DNA of 62,067 nucleotides, filler included, from Perkinsus olseni (GCA_013115125.1; 8 parts of 8 records of this genome joined end to end with filler, not necessarily neighbours in it); one strand, 5' to 3'. Shown: positions 48,918 to 61,830, numbered from the whole stretch's first letter. Notes: generated by a model from the sequence alone, not told the origin. Translations and numbers: made by a program.

Positions 48918-49335
48918 GATCAGAGCCCATCTTAAGTATTCTCGCTTGTCTCGAGTCTTCTTGAGGTTCAGACCTGGCATCCGCTGCATGGCTTTCCATG
49001 TTCGCTACTCTCCAGTTTAATCAAGTTGACAGGCATCCATGTTGCTGTTGTGATTCCCTTCGTTTCGTTGCGAACGGGCAGTATAACAAGTGGGTGACAG
49101 CCCTGCGGCTCACAGTGAGGTACCCCCTCGCAAGATCTGGTCTGTCCGGCTGTGAGATTCGGGGATTTGTTGGTAGTTTCGTTTGCAGAACATCTGTGAG
49201 CCTCAATGGTTTCCGCTCACTCTGTTTTTTGGACGGTTCTGTGCGTTGAATCGATCCTCGGGCTTCAGACTGCCAGCAAATCTGAGGTAGCCGCAGTTTT
49301 CACTTGGATACCTCTTTCGCGTTCCATTCTCATAG

Positions 49336-50347
49336 GTGGACTTGCTACGCAGACAAGTGACTGAGCTAAGCAAGGAAGTGGCTGTTCTTCCTAAGAGACT
49401 GGATGATCTACAAAAACAAGTGGCTCATCTGACCAAGGTCGTCGGCGAGGGGTCTGAGGAGAGTCCTGTGGCCACGGTAAGCCGTTGGTGTCCTAGGCTT
49501 GCGACTCCACTACCACAACCATGAACTCAACGTTCCGCGACAAATTCGGCATATCAATGATATCATATTATTTGCCTCACCGACCATTCTTCCCTGCAGG
49601 TAGAAGGTGTCATCAAAGGCGACGACAACCAGTGTACCCTCAAGTTCGGCGATGAGAAGTTCTCCCTGATCGACAAGAGAAGTCCATAACTATCGGGTTC
49701 AACGGGGGATCTCGTCCAAACCCCATAAGCAAAGTCTGGTCCTGGTCCGCAACACACGTTGTTATGGGAGGTTTCCGGTAAGAACTGTCCGCGACTTTCA
49801 TGTGAATCATAAATAGCGGTATACTGCTAATGGAACCCACTGAGTGGATGCGCCTGTAAAACCCGAAGTGCTTTCGAATTCACTCCTCAGCCCCAGTCGG
49901 CAGTCACTTGCTTTATCGAGAATCGCCGTGCTGCTTCTTCGTTGGAGTTTATCGCTCTGCGGACTTTCCGAGGACCTATGCATTCGTCCATCGACATTTC
50001 TTCTCAGTTATGAGGCTGAGTTCACAAAGCTCGTTATTGACTATAGAAAATACGGCAGAATCGAGATTACCGACAATCTACAGGAAGCTTATGAGCATTT
50101 CACCAGCGTCATGCCCTTCGCTTATTTATCCAAGGAAGACTTCCGTCCAGTGTTGGCGAAACTGCATCAGATCTTACCCATTACGAAGAACAATCCCGAA
50201 AGATGCAGAAAGGTTTTCGCGCTCCTGGCCGATAATCCTCCGGGGGGAGAAGACAAGGGAGTTCGCTGGTTTGAAGGCTTCCATGTCACGGCAGCCGATC
50301 ATGTTCGCGAACTCATCAATTCATGGAATGCCAAGTCGATGAAGTAG
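49336..50347 (+). pseudogene. Multi-exon hypothetical protein with N-terminal coiled coil, apparent frameshift near 49675
   Basis: AG|VDLLRRQVTELSKEV...LDDLQKQV|GT exon; the second exon needs a frame change (IDK.EKSITIGF); terminal exon ends ...NSWNAKSMK-TAG. Confidence 0.45.
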
Positions 50348-50731
50348 AGAAGCCGTGTGATCAGTGGATGTGTGTTCAGATCTATTCTTGATGTGCTTAT
50401 ATTTATCCGACATGATTATGTGCTGTTCTTCGCGTTTGTGGCAAGCTTGGGTCACCAGTGTAATGATGGCTATGTGGCGCTTGAGGCGAACGAATGTCGC
50501 GAAACACACCTTGAGTCGCTCAAGTTAAGTGTGGCCCAGTGACACTGGGCCATTGTACATTAGTTACATTCCACCTTCGCCGTCGGTGGCATGTGGTACC
50601 CATCTTTTGTGTGTTGTTATCCACATAGAAGCAGAGTAGATTCCACTGTGATTTTCCTGCCGACTCTGTTCCTCAATCAATCACTGTAGTGCTAGAGAAA
50701 TGGAGTGTTATGCTGGAGCGGGGAGGACCAG

Positions 50732-51462
50732 GAGCCCGTTCAAGTGCTCGAATTTCCGAGTCTTAGTTCTCGGAAAGGGCACCCTCCCGAGCTCAGAGAA
50801 AAATTGCCCGTTTAAGTGCTAATTTTCCCCGAGCTTACTTTCGGAGAGCTAAGAAATTCACTGGGGCCTGAATTCCAGGCCCCAGTGAATTTCTAGGCCC
50901 TGGAAATCCGTGCTCTCGGATAACTTATTCCGAGTTCTTAGTTCAAGTGCCGCCCACTCGGCTCGTTAAAGGTTAATCCGAGTCCGAGTGGAGAGGGCTA
51001 GTGTTTCCGAGTCCTTTCGAAACCCAAACATCCGGCTAACGCAACGTTTCCGTTCCCTTCCCGTTACTATGCTATGGAATGATGACTAAGAATAATGTAG
51101 CTATTCGGAATAGCCTTTCCCTCACTGAGAGGGAGGGCCTCACAGTGCGAACTCACATTGAACTGACGAGAGCGAAGTAAGAAAGTTGTGTTGTGTTTCT
51201 GTCTCGCAGCGCGTTGCGTCGCAGGAGTTAGTTCACCGAGTAAGGCTACTTTTCCGAGTCGGGGACATTTCTGATAGAAACGACTTGATCACGAGGAGAA
51301 TTATCTCGGGATTCGTACTAGGCAAAACATCTCGGAAATGCGACCAATCCGAGAGGTGGTACTTGAACAGACGATCACTCGGAACACGTTGACTAGGAAT
51401 ACTAACTGAGAAGGAAGTACTCAGACTCGGAACTCAGACGTGTTTTGCACTTGAACGGGCTC
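50732..51462. mobile_element. PIF/Harbinger (Tourist-like) non-autonomous MITE, 731 bp
   Basis: 16-bp terminal inverted repeats (TIRs) GAGCCCGTTCAAGTGC / GCACTTGAACGGGCTC, 3-bp TSD CAG on both sides, many internal (T)CCGAG/CTCGG(A) motifs, internal hairpin with 19-bp arms at 50852-50894. Confidence 0.85.
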
Positions 51463-53084
51463 CAGATGTGTATAAATTCGAGTGCACTAACGGATAGAAG
51501 GATGGCGCATATTTGGTTATGGTCCTATGCTTGTCAAGCCCAGAGTGACTAGTTACAGTCATTGCCTGCCAGAGTGTGTCCATTATGAACTGAGCATAGC
51601 TCGCTGATTAGAGGTTTCTGGAGCCACCGTAGTGCGGCGAGCTAGAAGATACAAGCTCTAGCCTGGCTGACCTGGGAAGTTCTCTCGTCAGTCTCTTACT
51701 GTATAGGGTCGTATGACCCTGACGATGAGCTGCTCGGTGCATCTCCGGTGTGACAGCATGGTCGAGCAAGTCAGTGAATAGTGTGACAAGTGAAGCATCC
51801 ACGGTAGGTATCAGAAATAGGAGAGGGACAGAGAGAGAGAAACGCAGAGACCGATTTTTGAGCTCCGTGAATGCAAGTGCAATACCGCGGCGGTACAGGT
51901 TACAGGTGTAATACAGGCGCATACGAGTCTGTATTGCACCCTGTAATCGAGGGTTCTCGGACCCTGCCGATTGCAGGGCTGCTGAAGCTCGTTAACCTTC
52001 TTGGGCCACCAGAACGCGAGAATTCAGCGAAGCTATCAAGTGTACGCAAAATAAGTATCGCCCGAGTTGATGGCCAAACCAATGAACGGGAATCCCGTTA
52101 CGGGGCTGACGATATAGATGTGACTTCAGAGAGCTCGGAGAAATGTTCGAGTGAATCACATCTGATTCGGGCATATCAGATATGCTTGGATTATAATGCT
52201 CCGATGAGCATTGCGTGTGAATGTAGCTGTTGGTATTTACAGACAGGATCAGTGGCACCCGTCGTAGATCACAGAGTGCCGGTCGCCGCCGCCATATCAT
52301 CAAGTATATCAGCAAGCCATTCTGATTATCACGTGTCCGAGAGTTGTTTCCCAAGTCATTCGGGAGTGTTGGACGGAGTATATGTCCTCTCAGAGGGTCA
52401 TCAAGGTCCCAAAGGCATCCCTTCCAATTCAATAAGAGAACAAATGCCTTCGACGAGGGGTGGCCCAGCACTATACCATTTCCCATGCAAGTTCAACTCT
52501 TGAACTTCAACGATCAGGCGAAATGATAGTGTTACATCCAACAACCACAATGGATCTCAGGGATGCCAAATGTGACATTGGAGCATCCATGGTTGAGAAT
52601 TTGCATCCAGGTTTGACGCTCAAAGTCATTAGTCGGATTTGGATGCGATATCAATCCGCAGTGAACAGTTTCTGGAGGATGCGGATAATTGTAGCCACGG
52701 GCGTAAACCATCGCCTTCAATGAAGACTCTCCATGCCAACGTAGAAGTGGCACGAAAGGCAGCTTGCTTCAGGCAAATGCCTCATTGATATCAGAGAGAG
52801 TTCGACATATGAGCTGATAAAGCATCACGAACGGACCACGACGAGCCTACGGGCTCACGAAGTCGTTTCAGTTCATGCCTCAGAGCACGAAGTTCGATTC
52901 CTTATGGCACTCAAGCCCACCCTCTCTTAATCACTCTCCAACAGCGCCAAGGTCATCGGTCACCGGATCGCGAGTCGCGATCGGACAGATGGGGACCCAG
53001 CGCGATGCCACAGCACAATATTGTCGAGTATATGGGGTCATGAACGACCCACATCCAACGCTGTCAACGGTAACTGCTCAGGAA

Positions 53085-53164
53085 TAACAACTCCGAGATT
53101 CGAACCCGCGCCCTTACGGATTAGAGCCTGAAGCTAGCGCCTTCGACGGCTCGGCCACACTGCT
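53085..53164 (-). pseudogene. Degenerate tRNA-Leu(CAG)-like sequence
   Basis: Minus strand AGCAGTG-TGGCCGAG...AAGGCG-CTAGC-TTCAGGC-TCTAA...GCGGG-TTCGAAT-CTCGG-AGTTGTT-A: A and B boxes and long variable arm present, but acceptor and anticodon stems are mismatched. Confidence 0.7.
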
Positions 53165-54261
53165 GTTAACGAAATGGCTGAAGATGTGTATTTCTACCCA
53201 CATCTCAGGCTTACATGTGAGACTGAGTCCATCGTCCTTTCGTCGCGCACTATACCGGTCTCACAGACCCAACACCATCAGTGTCCAAAGCGACACCGTC
53301 AGAAACCGGGAGATCACGCTGTACTGACCCATTCATAGCACCAAACTTGATACACTAACAACTTTACTACGGGAGCGACTCCGGGTCGGGTCATATCGAT
53401 AACTTATTGTGTGAAGAGCTAGCGACGGCAAGGCCCCTCTTTGCTCCGAGTATGAGTGCCGTGGTGCTTTAGACCTCAGGTCTGCAGCAGGCTGCTGCAG
53501 AACCACAGCTGAACGTGTAACTTTTACAGCGTGCCCTTGCAGGATGGAGTATCGTCACGATGACATAGTTAAGAGCACTAACTAGGTGCTCACGATTGAC
53601 ATAGCCTGCGGACGCGTCTCGAGCCGCTTCCCGAGTCATCCCGCCAGAGTCCGCAGCGCGCATGCTCGCCAGCATCAATCCCTTTTTTCTATCAGGCAGC
53701 ACGATTCCGACCCATCCTCTCAGCCCTTGCCAGCCACATTGTCAATGGCCCATCGGGGAACCGCCATCGTCCGCTGGACGACGTCCAGTAGCAACGTCAC
53801 GAACTCACGATTTCTAAGACAACAAACCTTGTTGACTGCAATATCTCTAGCTCTCCAATATTCGACATTTCTAATCAATTCGTCCTACATCACCACCATT
53901 CCGGCGCAACACTGCGCACACCAAGTGCCACACCTGCATTTGACAACCCGACGGGAAGCGTCCAGCCATTCGCTTACGCTAACCTTGTCCACCAACTAGA
54001 GTAATCTAATCTTTGAGTGATTGCGTTGCCGAACCCCACCACCAAACCCAGATCGATGGCGCCGCTTAGGCACTAGGCAACGCAACACGAAGCGCGAAGA
54101 GGACAACAGATCGGCCGGGAGAAAGACACTTTTCTACAACCGTATACATCAATCATCAAATGGAGACGCGTCGAGTTTCAAACAAGGGTCTAGATGGGAG
54201 GAGCGGAGCATGTAAGGCGGGACACTGCCAGCTATGATATCAACGAGATTCTCGACGCGAT

Positions 54262-54334
54262 AGTATAGAGCTGCTGAGTTATGATGAGGATGTTGCGATG
54301 TCGGCACCCACCCGGCAAATGCTCAGTCGGGTGA
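54262..54334. repeat. 73-bp inverted repeat, right end of contig 7
   Basis: Exact reverse complement of 46701-46773. Confidence 0.95.
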
Positions 54335-56419
54335 NNNNNNNNNNNNNNNNNNNNNNNNNNNNNNNNNNNNNNNNNNNNTTAATTAATTAANNNNNNNNNN
54401 NNNNNNNNNNNNNNNNNNNNNNNNNNNNNNNNNNAATCCTCATTCTGGATGTGGCCATGGTTTGGTGGCTGACCCATGAAGGGCTGCGCATCACCTGTCT
54501 ACCTGTTTATTTTGTTGTGCCAACTACGCTAGCGTACAATAATCGAGCTAGCTTTTTGCTCGGGCCGAGCCATGGCCAGTCTCATATTCGTCACCACATT
54601 TTTATTAGAAGTAGTCCAACTAGTCGTCATGCCGATTTGCTGGTAGTTGGCCTTTGGTCTCGACGTCTTTGACTAATGGAGTCTTCTAAGAGTCGCGTTC
54701 ATGAAACGGGGTCTGGCCGAACAATGAGAATTCGACTATCTTGAATTTTGTGATATGTCGTTGCACAAGTCGACTCCATCGCGTTGATGGCATCAACTGA
54801 GTTAGTTGAGCCAAGGTTGGGCGAGGGCAAGGCTTGCCCAGGCCAAACCTTGCCGACGGTAATTTCCCCTCGAGCCGATGCGGGATGGGTATTCACACAG
54901 GTGAATACCCGTTCCGTTCCTTTTCGCCCAGCCGTGTCTAGTTCCTGCTCAGCCCCTTTGGACGCTGACGCACCTCCTCGCGACTTACTGCCTAGCGAGT
55001 CATATCCTCGCGGTGAACTGGGTACCAAAGGGTGAACTGGGTATCCTCGTCGGCGAGCCACCATAAGCCATTCAGCGAAGCCCCAGGGAGTACCTGAAAG
55101 AGTTGTTGGCTTGAAAAAGCTCGCAAGAGGTGGCCGATCCATGGGCGGCTTCGATTAACCACGGACGCGCCTCAAGTTCAGTCAGCGAGAGCCGAGATCC
55201 TAACGCACCAACGATCAACGATTTCTCATAGCGCCACTCCGCGAGGTCACTGAAAGCCCATGCACGGCTGAATACCGTCCGTGGTAAGGGAAATTGAGTG
55301 AGCAGAGTCCACTCAACGGCGGGACCCAGACATCCTTCAAGACCGACTTACCGTCGAATCGCCACCCACAGTGTGGGCTGATAGTCCAACACTGTGGCCC
55401 CCAGCTGTGTGGGTACCATACAGCCACTTCCAAGGGACCTCCAGCTAGAGAGATCTAGCCCGCTGAACACTGAGAGGAATTCTCGTAAGGAAGCTGCCAC
55501 GCAGTTGCTCTCACTGAGTTCAACCCAATCCGAAAGATGAAGAAAAATTCTATTCTCATAAGAAATCAGAGAAGAACAGTCTCGGGTGTAACGTCCTCGG
55601 CTTGGGCGGGCCTGAAGTGAGCACTAGAGGAGGAAACAGACCACAGGGCGGTCACTCAGTTGAGTTGACGAGATTACGGTATGAGGCGCAAATCGAGCCG
55701 CGCAACAAAACGATGCGTTCAGATACGGGTTCATGTTAAGTACAGGCCCGCGATGCCAAAAGGCAAGGTGGGGAAGAGTAGTGGTTGGTCGTGGTGATCC
55801 ATGAACTATCCAGGAGGCTGGGCTCAATACAACAGAAAAGGACATTGAGACCGCGTATCTAGCTGGGATCAGTCAAGCTAGAGCGAGCGCCTTGGAAACA
55901 GGCACGAAAAGTGTGAGTTACCCGGCTCCCTTCCTCCCCAGCGTTGGGGCGTGGGCCAGAGGACTGCGCAAGGAGCGCCGGGTCCTCGGCCAATGTGACG
56001 GGGCCGCCTTCCCAACAGGGGAGGCAGCCGCCAGGGTGGGCCGCCAGGGTGGGCGGGAGGTTCTTTGAAAGACCAAATCAAACTAAACTCGATGCAAACG
56101 CATCTCGCTCGCGCCGAACTCTTCTCAGCCGAACCGCCCACTAGCTCGAACACAAAGCTACCGCCCCCCCTGTGCGCCGAGCGTCATCGCCGAGTAAACT
56201 GGCCCAACGAGTTGACCTCGTAAGTCGGGATTGTGGTTCCTAACGGCCCACAGAGCACGGTAAGGGTGGAGTTAGCCTCGACAAATGAAGGAATTTTCTC
56301 TCTTCATTTCCGCCAGGATCAAGCCAAACCTCTCAGGTCTTTGATCCCCGTGCTTAAGATCTTCTCGCCAGCCCGACACGTCCAGTGACGCGTATTGAGA
56401 TGAGAACTTGAGCTCTGCG

Positions 56420-59400
56420 TTACCTGGTGATTGAAGGGTCGAATCTCCCTTGTCTCTCTCGCTTCTCTGCGATCCATCTCCTGATATGATTCGCTTCCAA
56501 ACGGCGACAGGCTCTCACATCATCAGCGTCCTGAAGGGACCTCCTATGTTGCACAGAATCGTGTACTGATTCACCTCCTCCCTAGCGAACATCAGGTCTG
56601 AATGGTGAGCCCCCGTCTCCATCACGAATGACGTTACAGATTCTGGGCAAGGCATGACACGGCAATCCACTCCTTGCGGGACTTCCTCGTCTGGTATGGA
56701 CACTGAGAAGGAGGCTGTCCGCCCGGGTACGAGGCCGACTGCGTTTCAATGAGCAAGTGAGACGCTGATAGATCCAGCTAGGAGATGTGGTTGGAGCATC
56801 GGTAGGGCTCCTTAGGAGTGTCGTACTCTCGATTTCTCCGAAAGCTCGAGCCCTGAGCAAATCGAGCATGCAGGCCCCCCCCCGGGCGGGAGAGGTCTCA
56901 TCTCGGGGCCTCTACGAGTGCGACTCCGTCCGGAACCCATGGGCGAGTGCCCAGCCCCGAGTACGGCGGAAGGGGTTGGGCTCCAACCGTTGGGGAATCC
57001 GCCCAGACTGGAGCCTTGTTATGCGAGAGTATCAACAGTCAATGAATATCGTGGATCAAATGATCGACTCCCACGCAGCGCCCACGCGTCGCCAGTGGCG
57101 ACGCCCCCCCGGGGGCGCCCCCCCCGGGCCCCCCCCCCCCCCGGGCCCCCCGGCGGGGGGGCCCCCCCCCGGCCCCCCCATGCCAGATAAACACAACCCC
57201 TGGCACAAGACGGCCCCCCNNNNNNNNNNTCTTTTTTTTAAAATCCCACTTTTAAAAACCATAAATTAAATTGGGTCAAAAAATTCCCCCCCCCCCCCCC
57301 CCCCCCCCCGGGCCCCCGGGGCCCCCCCCCCGGGGCCCCCCCCCCCGGGGGGCGACGCCACCACTGGTCGACCCTAGGTGCTCACCTCCCCACGGATCGA
57401 CCTTTCCATTAGAGAACACAACGTTGCTCATGCTGGCCACGGCGTCGGCCATGTTCCGCAAGAACTGCAGGCCAGCCCAGGAGTCGCTCCTTACACCGTA
57501 TCTAAGTGAGTCTATGACCTTTCCTGTGGAGGACAGTGCTCCTGTGGCCGCCCACTTTTCAGTGCATTCTCCCTTGTACTGGACGGGATCGAACAACCTC
57601 GGCGGCCAGAACATATCTTTATCCGTTCCCTGGAAGATACAAGGGAGGTTAAGAAGTCGACCAAGAAGAGAGTGAACTTAGTGAATGACAGACTTTGCCC
57701 GTCATTCGTCATTCAAGAGAAAATATCGTTCGAAGAACCGCTTTTCAGGACCAGCGTATGTCCCGAAGCTTGCTTTCACCGTGAAAGCACCACACAAGAC
57801 TTTTGCTATCAGACCCGCTCGCGAGCAGGAGACTCGGACGCTTTGTGAAGATTGTCCCCATACTGCACAATAATTGTCTCCGGTTTCACGTTTTCGCTGT
57901 GTCGCTAGAGCGCATTACTCAGAGGTTATTGTTATTTGAGCTCGTGTAAAGCCTACGACCTTTATTCATAACGAGTGCCCTGGGTTCGACTTGATTTACT
58001 AAAAGTTCCGACAAGTCGATCGATGAGTAGCTTCAAAACTCATTGCTGCTCCTGGTGCACCACACCGACTCGGAGACCCAACTACGTGGTGACCGGAATT
58101 AGGTCAAAACTCGGGGATCTCAAAAATAAAGCGACGACGCAGGTGACAGTAAAGCAGCTACACTGCCCTCTCTCCTCACTGAGTCCTGTCCCCACGGCAT
58201 TTCCGTACATGTCTGGAAACCATAGTCACCCCTGCAAGATCCTTCGGGCAGAGGCTCTCCACCACCATCAGTGCCCCTGAGAATACGTCAAGTTGGTCAT
58301 AGTGGAATCCAATGTCGATGCTGGCTCAAGATAAACGCCGTTGTGCGAGATGAATTTCAAAGATTGATTCCAAAGCAGTTCTCCGAAAGCCGAATTCGTG
58401 CTCGTCGAGTAGAGGAGATTTCTCCTCACGCGAAAGAGTTGCAGGCAAGGTCTCCAGAAGCGTTGTAGTATATATTTAGGGACTCCGCCAAGGCTTGAAT
58501 ATGTGCCTACAAAGCCACTTCGATAACGACGTGTAACACAGGGTGTTTCTCGAGGGGAAGAGGGGAGAACAATTCTCCCTTCTCTCCACCACGGGGGAAA
58601 TCGGGAAATTTCCCGCTATTTTTCCCGGGAATTTTGGGGAATTTTCCGTTGTGGGAACAGGGTGCCATTATTCCCAAAATGGACAAACCCTGCGCGGTTG
58701 AGGGGCTGAGAAGAGGGTCACGCGGGGGGTTTGTGCTATTCACCGGGCGGGTATCCCACTTGAACCGTCGATAGGTAGAAACTTTCGCACCGGACGCACA
58801 CTCCACTGCAGCAATTATCACGGAATTTCTCAACTCATAACTCGAAACCGCCGTTGAAACCACGGCTGAGACTCAGCCGCTGAGTACACTGTCAAACTAA
58901 CCCTACTCTGAGCCCCCATTTCCGGTGAATTGGTGATGAATATATGTACTTCTGAATAAATGTACTTCCTTTTCCGTGAGAGGTTGAAATACTATTTCAA
59001 CTTCTCACGGAAAAGGAAGTCATCAGAAAAATTAATCCGGAAACTCGCTTCGATTCTAGGGTTCTACGATTAAAGGCTGCGCAATGACGCAATCCTCAAA
59101 CTCAGAATCTGATTCTGAGTTCGGGAGTTGCTCTAGTATTGCTCTACATTAATTCTGAGAATCAATTCTAGAACCGCATTCCACGAGCGAAAAACCAGTT
59201 CCAGAATCGATTCTGAGGTCCAAGTTACCTCTATCGAACGGATGGTCAACCGAACAACCCAAAGCATTCAAGCAGACGCCTCCGCACGGTCATACCTCAT
59301 CACTCCCATGCAGATTCTCCAAGCGCTCAAACGGTTCGCAGGCCACACGAACAGGGTGAGCAGGGAGGTCAGCACCACCGCCGACGTTCATGGCGGCCGT

Positions 59401-61830
59401 AATGTAGTTACTCGGATAGGGGAAATTGCCTGACGCAGGAGCAACTCTGAGGCCCTCGGAACTCATGCGTGATCAGTCCAGAAAGGCTTCTGAAACTCTC
59501 AATATATGTTGAGTGTTGCGTACAATGGGGTAATTCAATGGCTCTCGCTCCGTCAGCGTGCGATACACGTTTTACACTTTTACGGTACCGTAGCCCATCA
59601 CGGTACCGTAAACGTTCTTAACAATAAACGCATCGCGCAACTCGTGCGTGATCAGTCCATAAAAGCCTGAGACGCAATTTGTTTCAGCGGGCTAGTAGGG
59701 GACGGAACCCTGGCACCGGCGTCACCCATAGCGAGATATCCCCAGGGAGCGCTGGCCCACTCGACGATATCATCGGCCAGCGACGTGCTATTCGCCAGGA
59801 CCGAGTCGTTGCACCACCTGAGAGAAAATAACGGTACAACTAGAAAAATGAAGCAACGACCGAGAAAGTGTACCAAGCTTCAGATCGGTATGAGAAAGGC
59901 AGAGATGCGAGGGAATGAACTGATTCGCGAGTTGCATGAGTCGACCTAAGATTCGCCCGCAGGAGATCTCTGCCTTCCTCGGTCTCACTCAGCTTGTATA
60001 CCAGCTTAAGGGTGTCTCTGAATCTGAGAAGATCATAATTCCATGGAAACTCAGACCGCTGAGCGGTCACCCGAGCGGCCACCGCTCGGCCAGTCTGAAA
60101 GGCTTCAACCGAAGTGCGACGAATGGCACTATTCGTCCGCTGTTGTACCGGTCTCAACAACACCAAGGCGGAGCGAAACAGGATGCACTGTATCGCTGTG
60201 TCGAGTGTTGCCTGGTCCCACACCCTCACTGAGATATGCTACGCTGTAGCTACCATCTCATAAGAGTGTTGATTCCCACACATACTCGCATCATGCGCAT
60301 TATCGCATAAAAGCTGGTAGTAGTGCTTATGATTCACTGGATATCTTAATATGTAGGACTTCAGTTCGAAAACAATGATATTCAGTCTGTATGTACCCAA
60401 ATTTTCCTCAGCGTATTCAATATCGTAGTGGCCCCCTACCACACGCTCACCAACTCCCCCCCAATATTCACCGTGACCACAACCCCGCAGTAGGCGTACT
60501 GAGTGCTCTCAGTCCACCAGAACGTAACGAGCCACGTGTGTCAGCTCACCTCTTTGCACACACTGGCCCGGCATCCCGAGTGATGATCTCATTAAAGGAC
60601 GCCTTGCTAGGATCCGGAGTCACACCACCGATCGCAAAAATCGGGGCGGATGCGGCGATGGCTCCGTCGACTATATGCGGGTATCTGATGGATTCGTCTC
60701 GCCAACCCTTCACTAAAATGATTTTTCTTCAACTGCCGACGGTCATCGTCTCGCTATGATTATGTAAGCCCACAACGGTCGTGTCTCCTCCCGCTAGTAG
60801 TATCAGTTTCCAGAGTAGCGATTCAGCCATGGATCTTATCGAAATCACCACTGAGGTGTTTCGGTGATCCCAGCTCACCATAATGACCGATAATGTAGCG
60901 AACCTTACTTGTATCGGAAGGCGCTGGCCAGCATCCCGCCGTAGCTTCCTCCAAACGCGATCGTTGCAGTCGAGGCTGGCAGGGCGTACTCATCGAAAAG
61001 GTGGTCAATGAGGACCTAGCAGTAGTGCTACCGGCGAAGCTCAGAGAGAATGGTATTGACGCGATACCATTCACTCGCTGGCTTAGCTCGGTGATTAGCT
61101 AGATTTGGTGGAGGAGTGGTACTTACAGAGTAATCAGCCAAGGCTTGTTCAATAGTGAGATAGCGTAGGCAATCTGGGGTTCCGTCGGGGTAGGCCTGCG
61201 TCTTGCCGTAGTAGCGATGCTCAGCAAAAACCAGGAGGGCTCCTAGGTCGGAGCTGACAAAATACGGGAAAAAGGATATTTCGATTTCCTCCACGCAGAC
61301 TCTCAGCGCGGACGACTGATTCAAGATAACTTGCGAACGCCTACTCACAACGGGACTGTTCCTCAGTCTGTCTCCGTGTGGCGCAGCGAATTCCAACATG
61401 CGCTGACAAGAATCATTCACTGCTACCAGAGAGACCATTCTTCCAAGGGCGAGGTGGAGGCCCACATACCAGTTCCAGCGAACAGACGGTGATGATCGTC
61501 CGACGCTACCAGCTCTAGACTCAGATCAAACTCGATGCCATTGGCTGTTCCTGGTCCCTCGGTGACTCACCCGAGCTCCCACATGAGACCTGTGTGGTTC
61601 ACATAGATCTCGACCGGTCCCTCGTTACCAACGTAAAAGAATAGGGGGCCTCCCGGACGGTAGAAGTCCGTGAATGTAAAGTACCTACGCCTCGCAGGCT
61701 GGGAATGGTACTCTTCCGTGGCCTCTAGGGCATTCCTGGATGAAACTGGGTATTCCGAAACCCTCTCTTCAGTCACAAAAGCACTTCATTATCCTGTACC
61801 ACTGAAGCTCAGTGAAGTTATATCTCATGC
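56420..61830 (-). CDS. Serine carboxypeptidase S28 (lysosomal Pro-X carboxypeptidase/DPP7-like), many exons; termini approximate
   Basis: GGPLFFYVGNEG; LLVFAEHRYYGKT; YLTIEQALADY; nucleophile FGGSYGGML (~60930-60955); YPHIVDGAIAASAP; GNFPYPSNY; FQTCTEM; SNVVFSNGKVDPW (Asp); GAHHSDL (His). Confidence 0.92.
58964..59020. repeat. 28+1+28 near-perfect palindrome (1 mismatch) in an S28 intron
   Basis: ACTTCCTTTTCCGTGAGAGGTTGAAATA-C-TATTTCAACTTCTCACGGAAAAGGAAGT. Confidence 0.92.

Noticed and set aside
51871-52760. 210-aa ORF and overlapping ORFs
   Set aside because: No recognisable motif and the frame continues through multiple stops; at best an unidentifiable remnant.
57105-57350. Poly-C/G, collagen- or formin-like Pro/Gly ORFs
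   Set aside because: Low-quality sequence around a 10-N gap next to a GC hairpin; both sides share GGCGACGCC and probably overlap, so this is a sequencing artefact.
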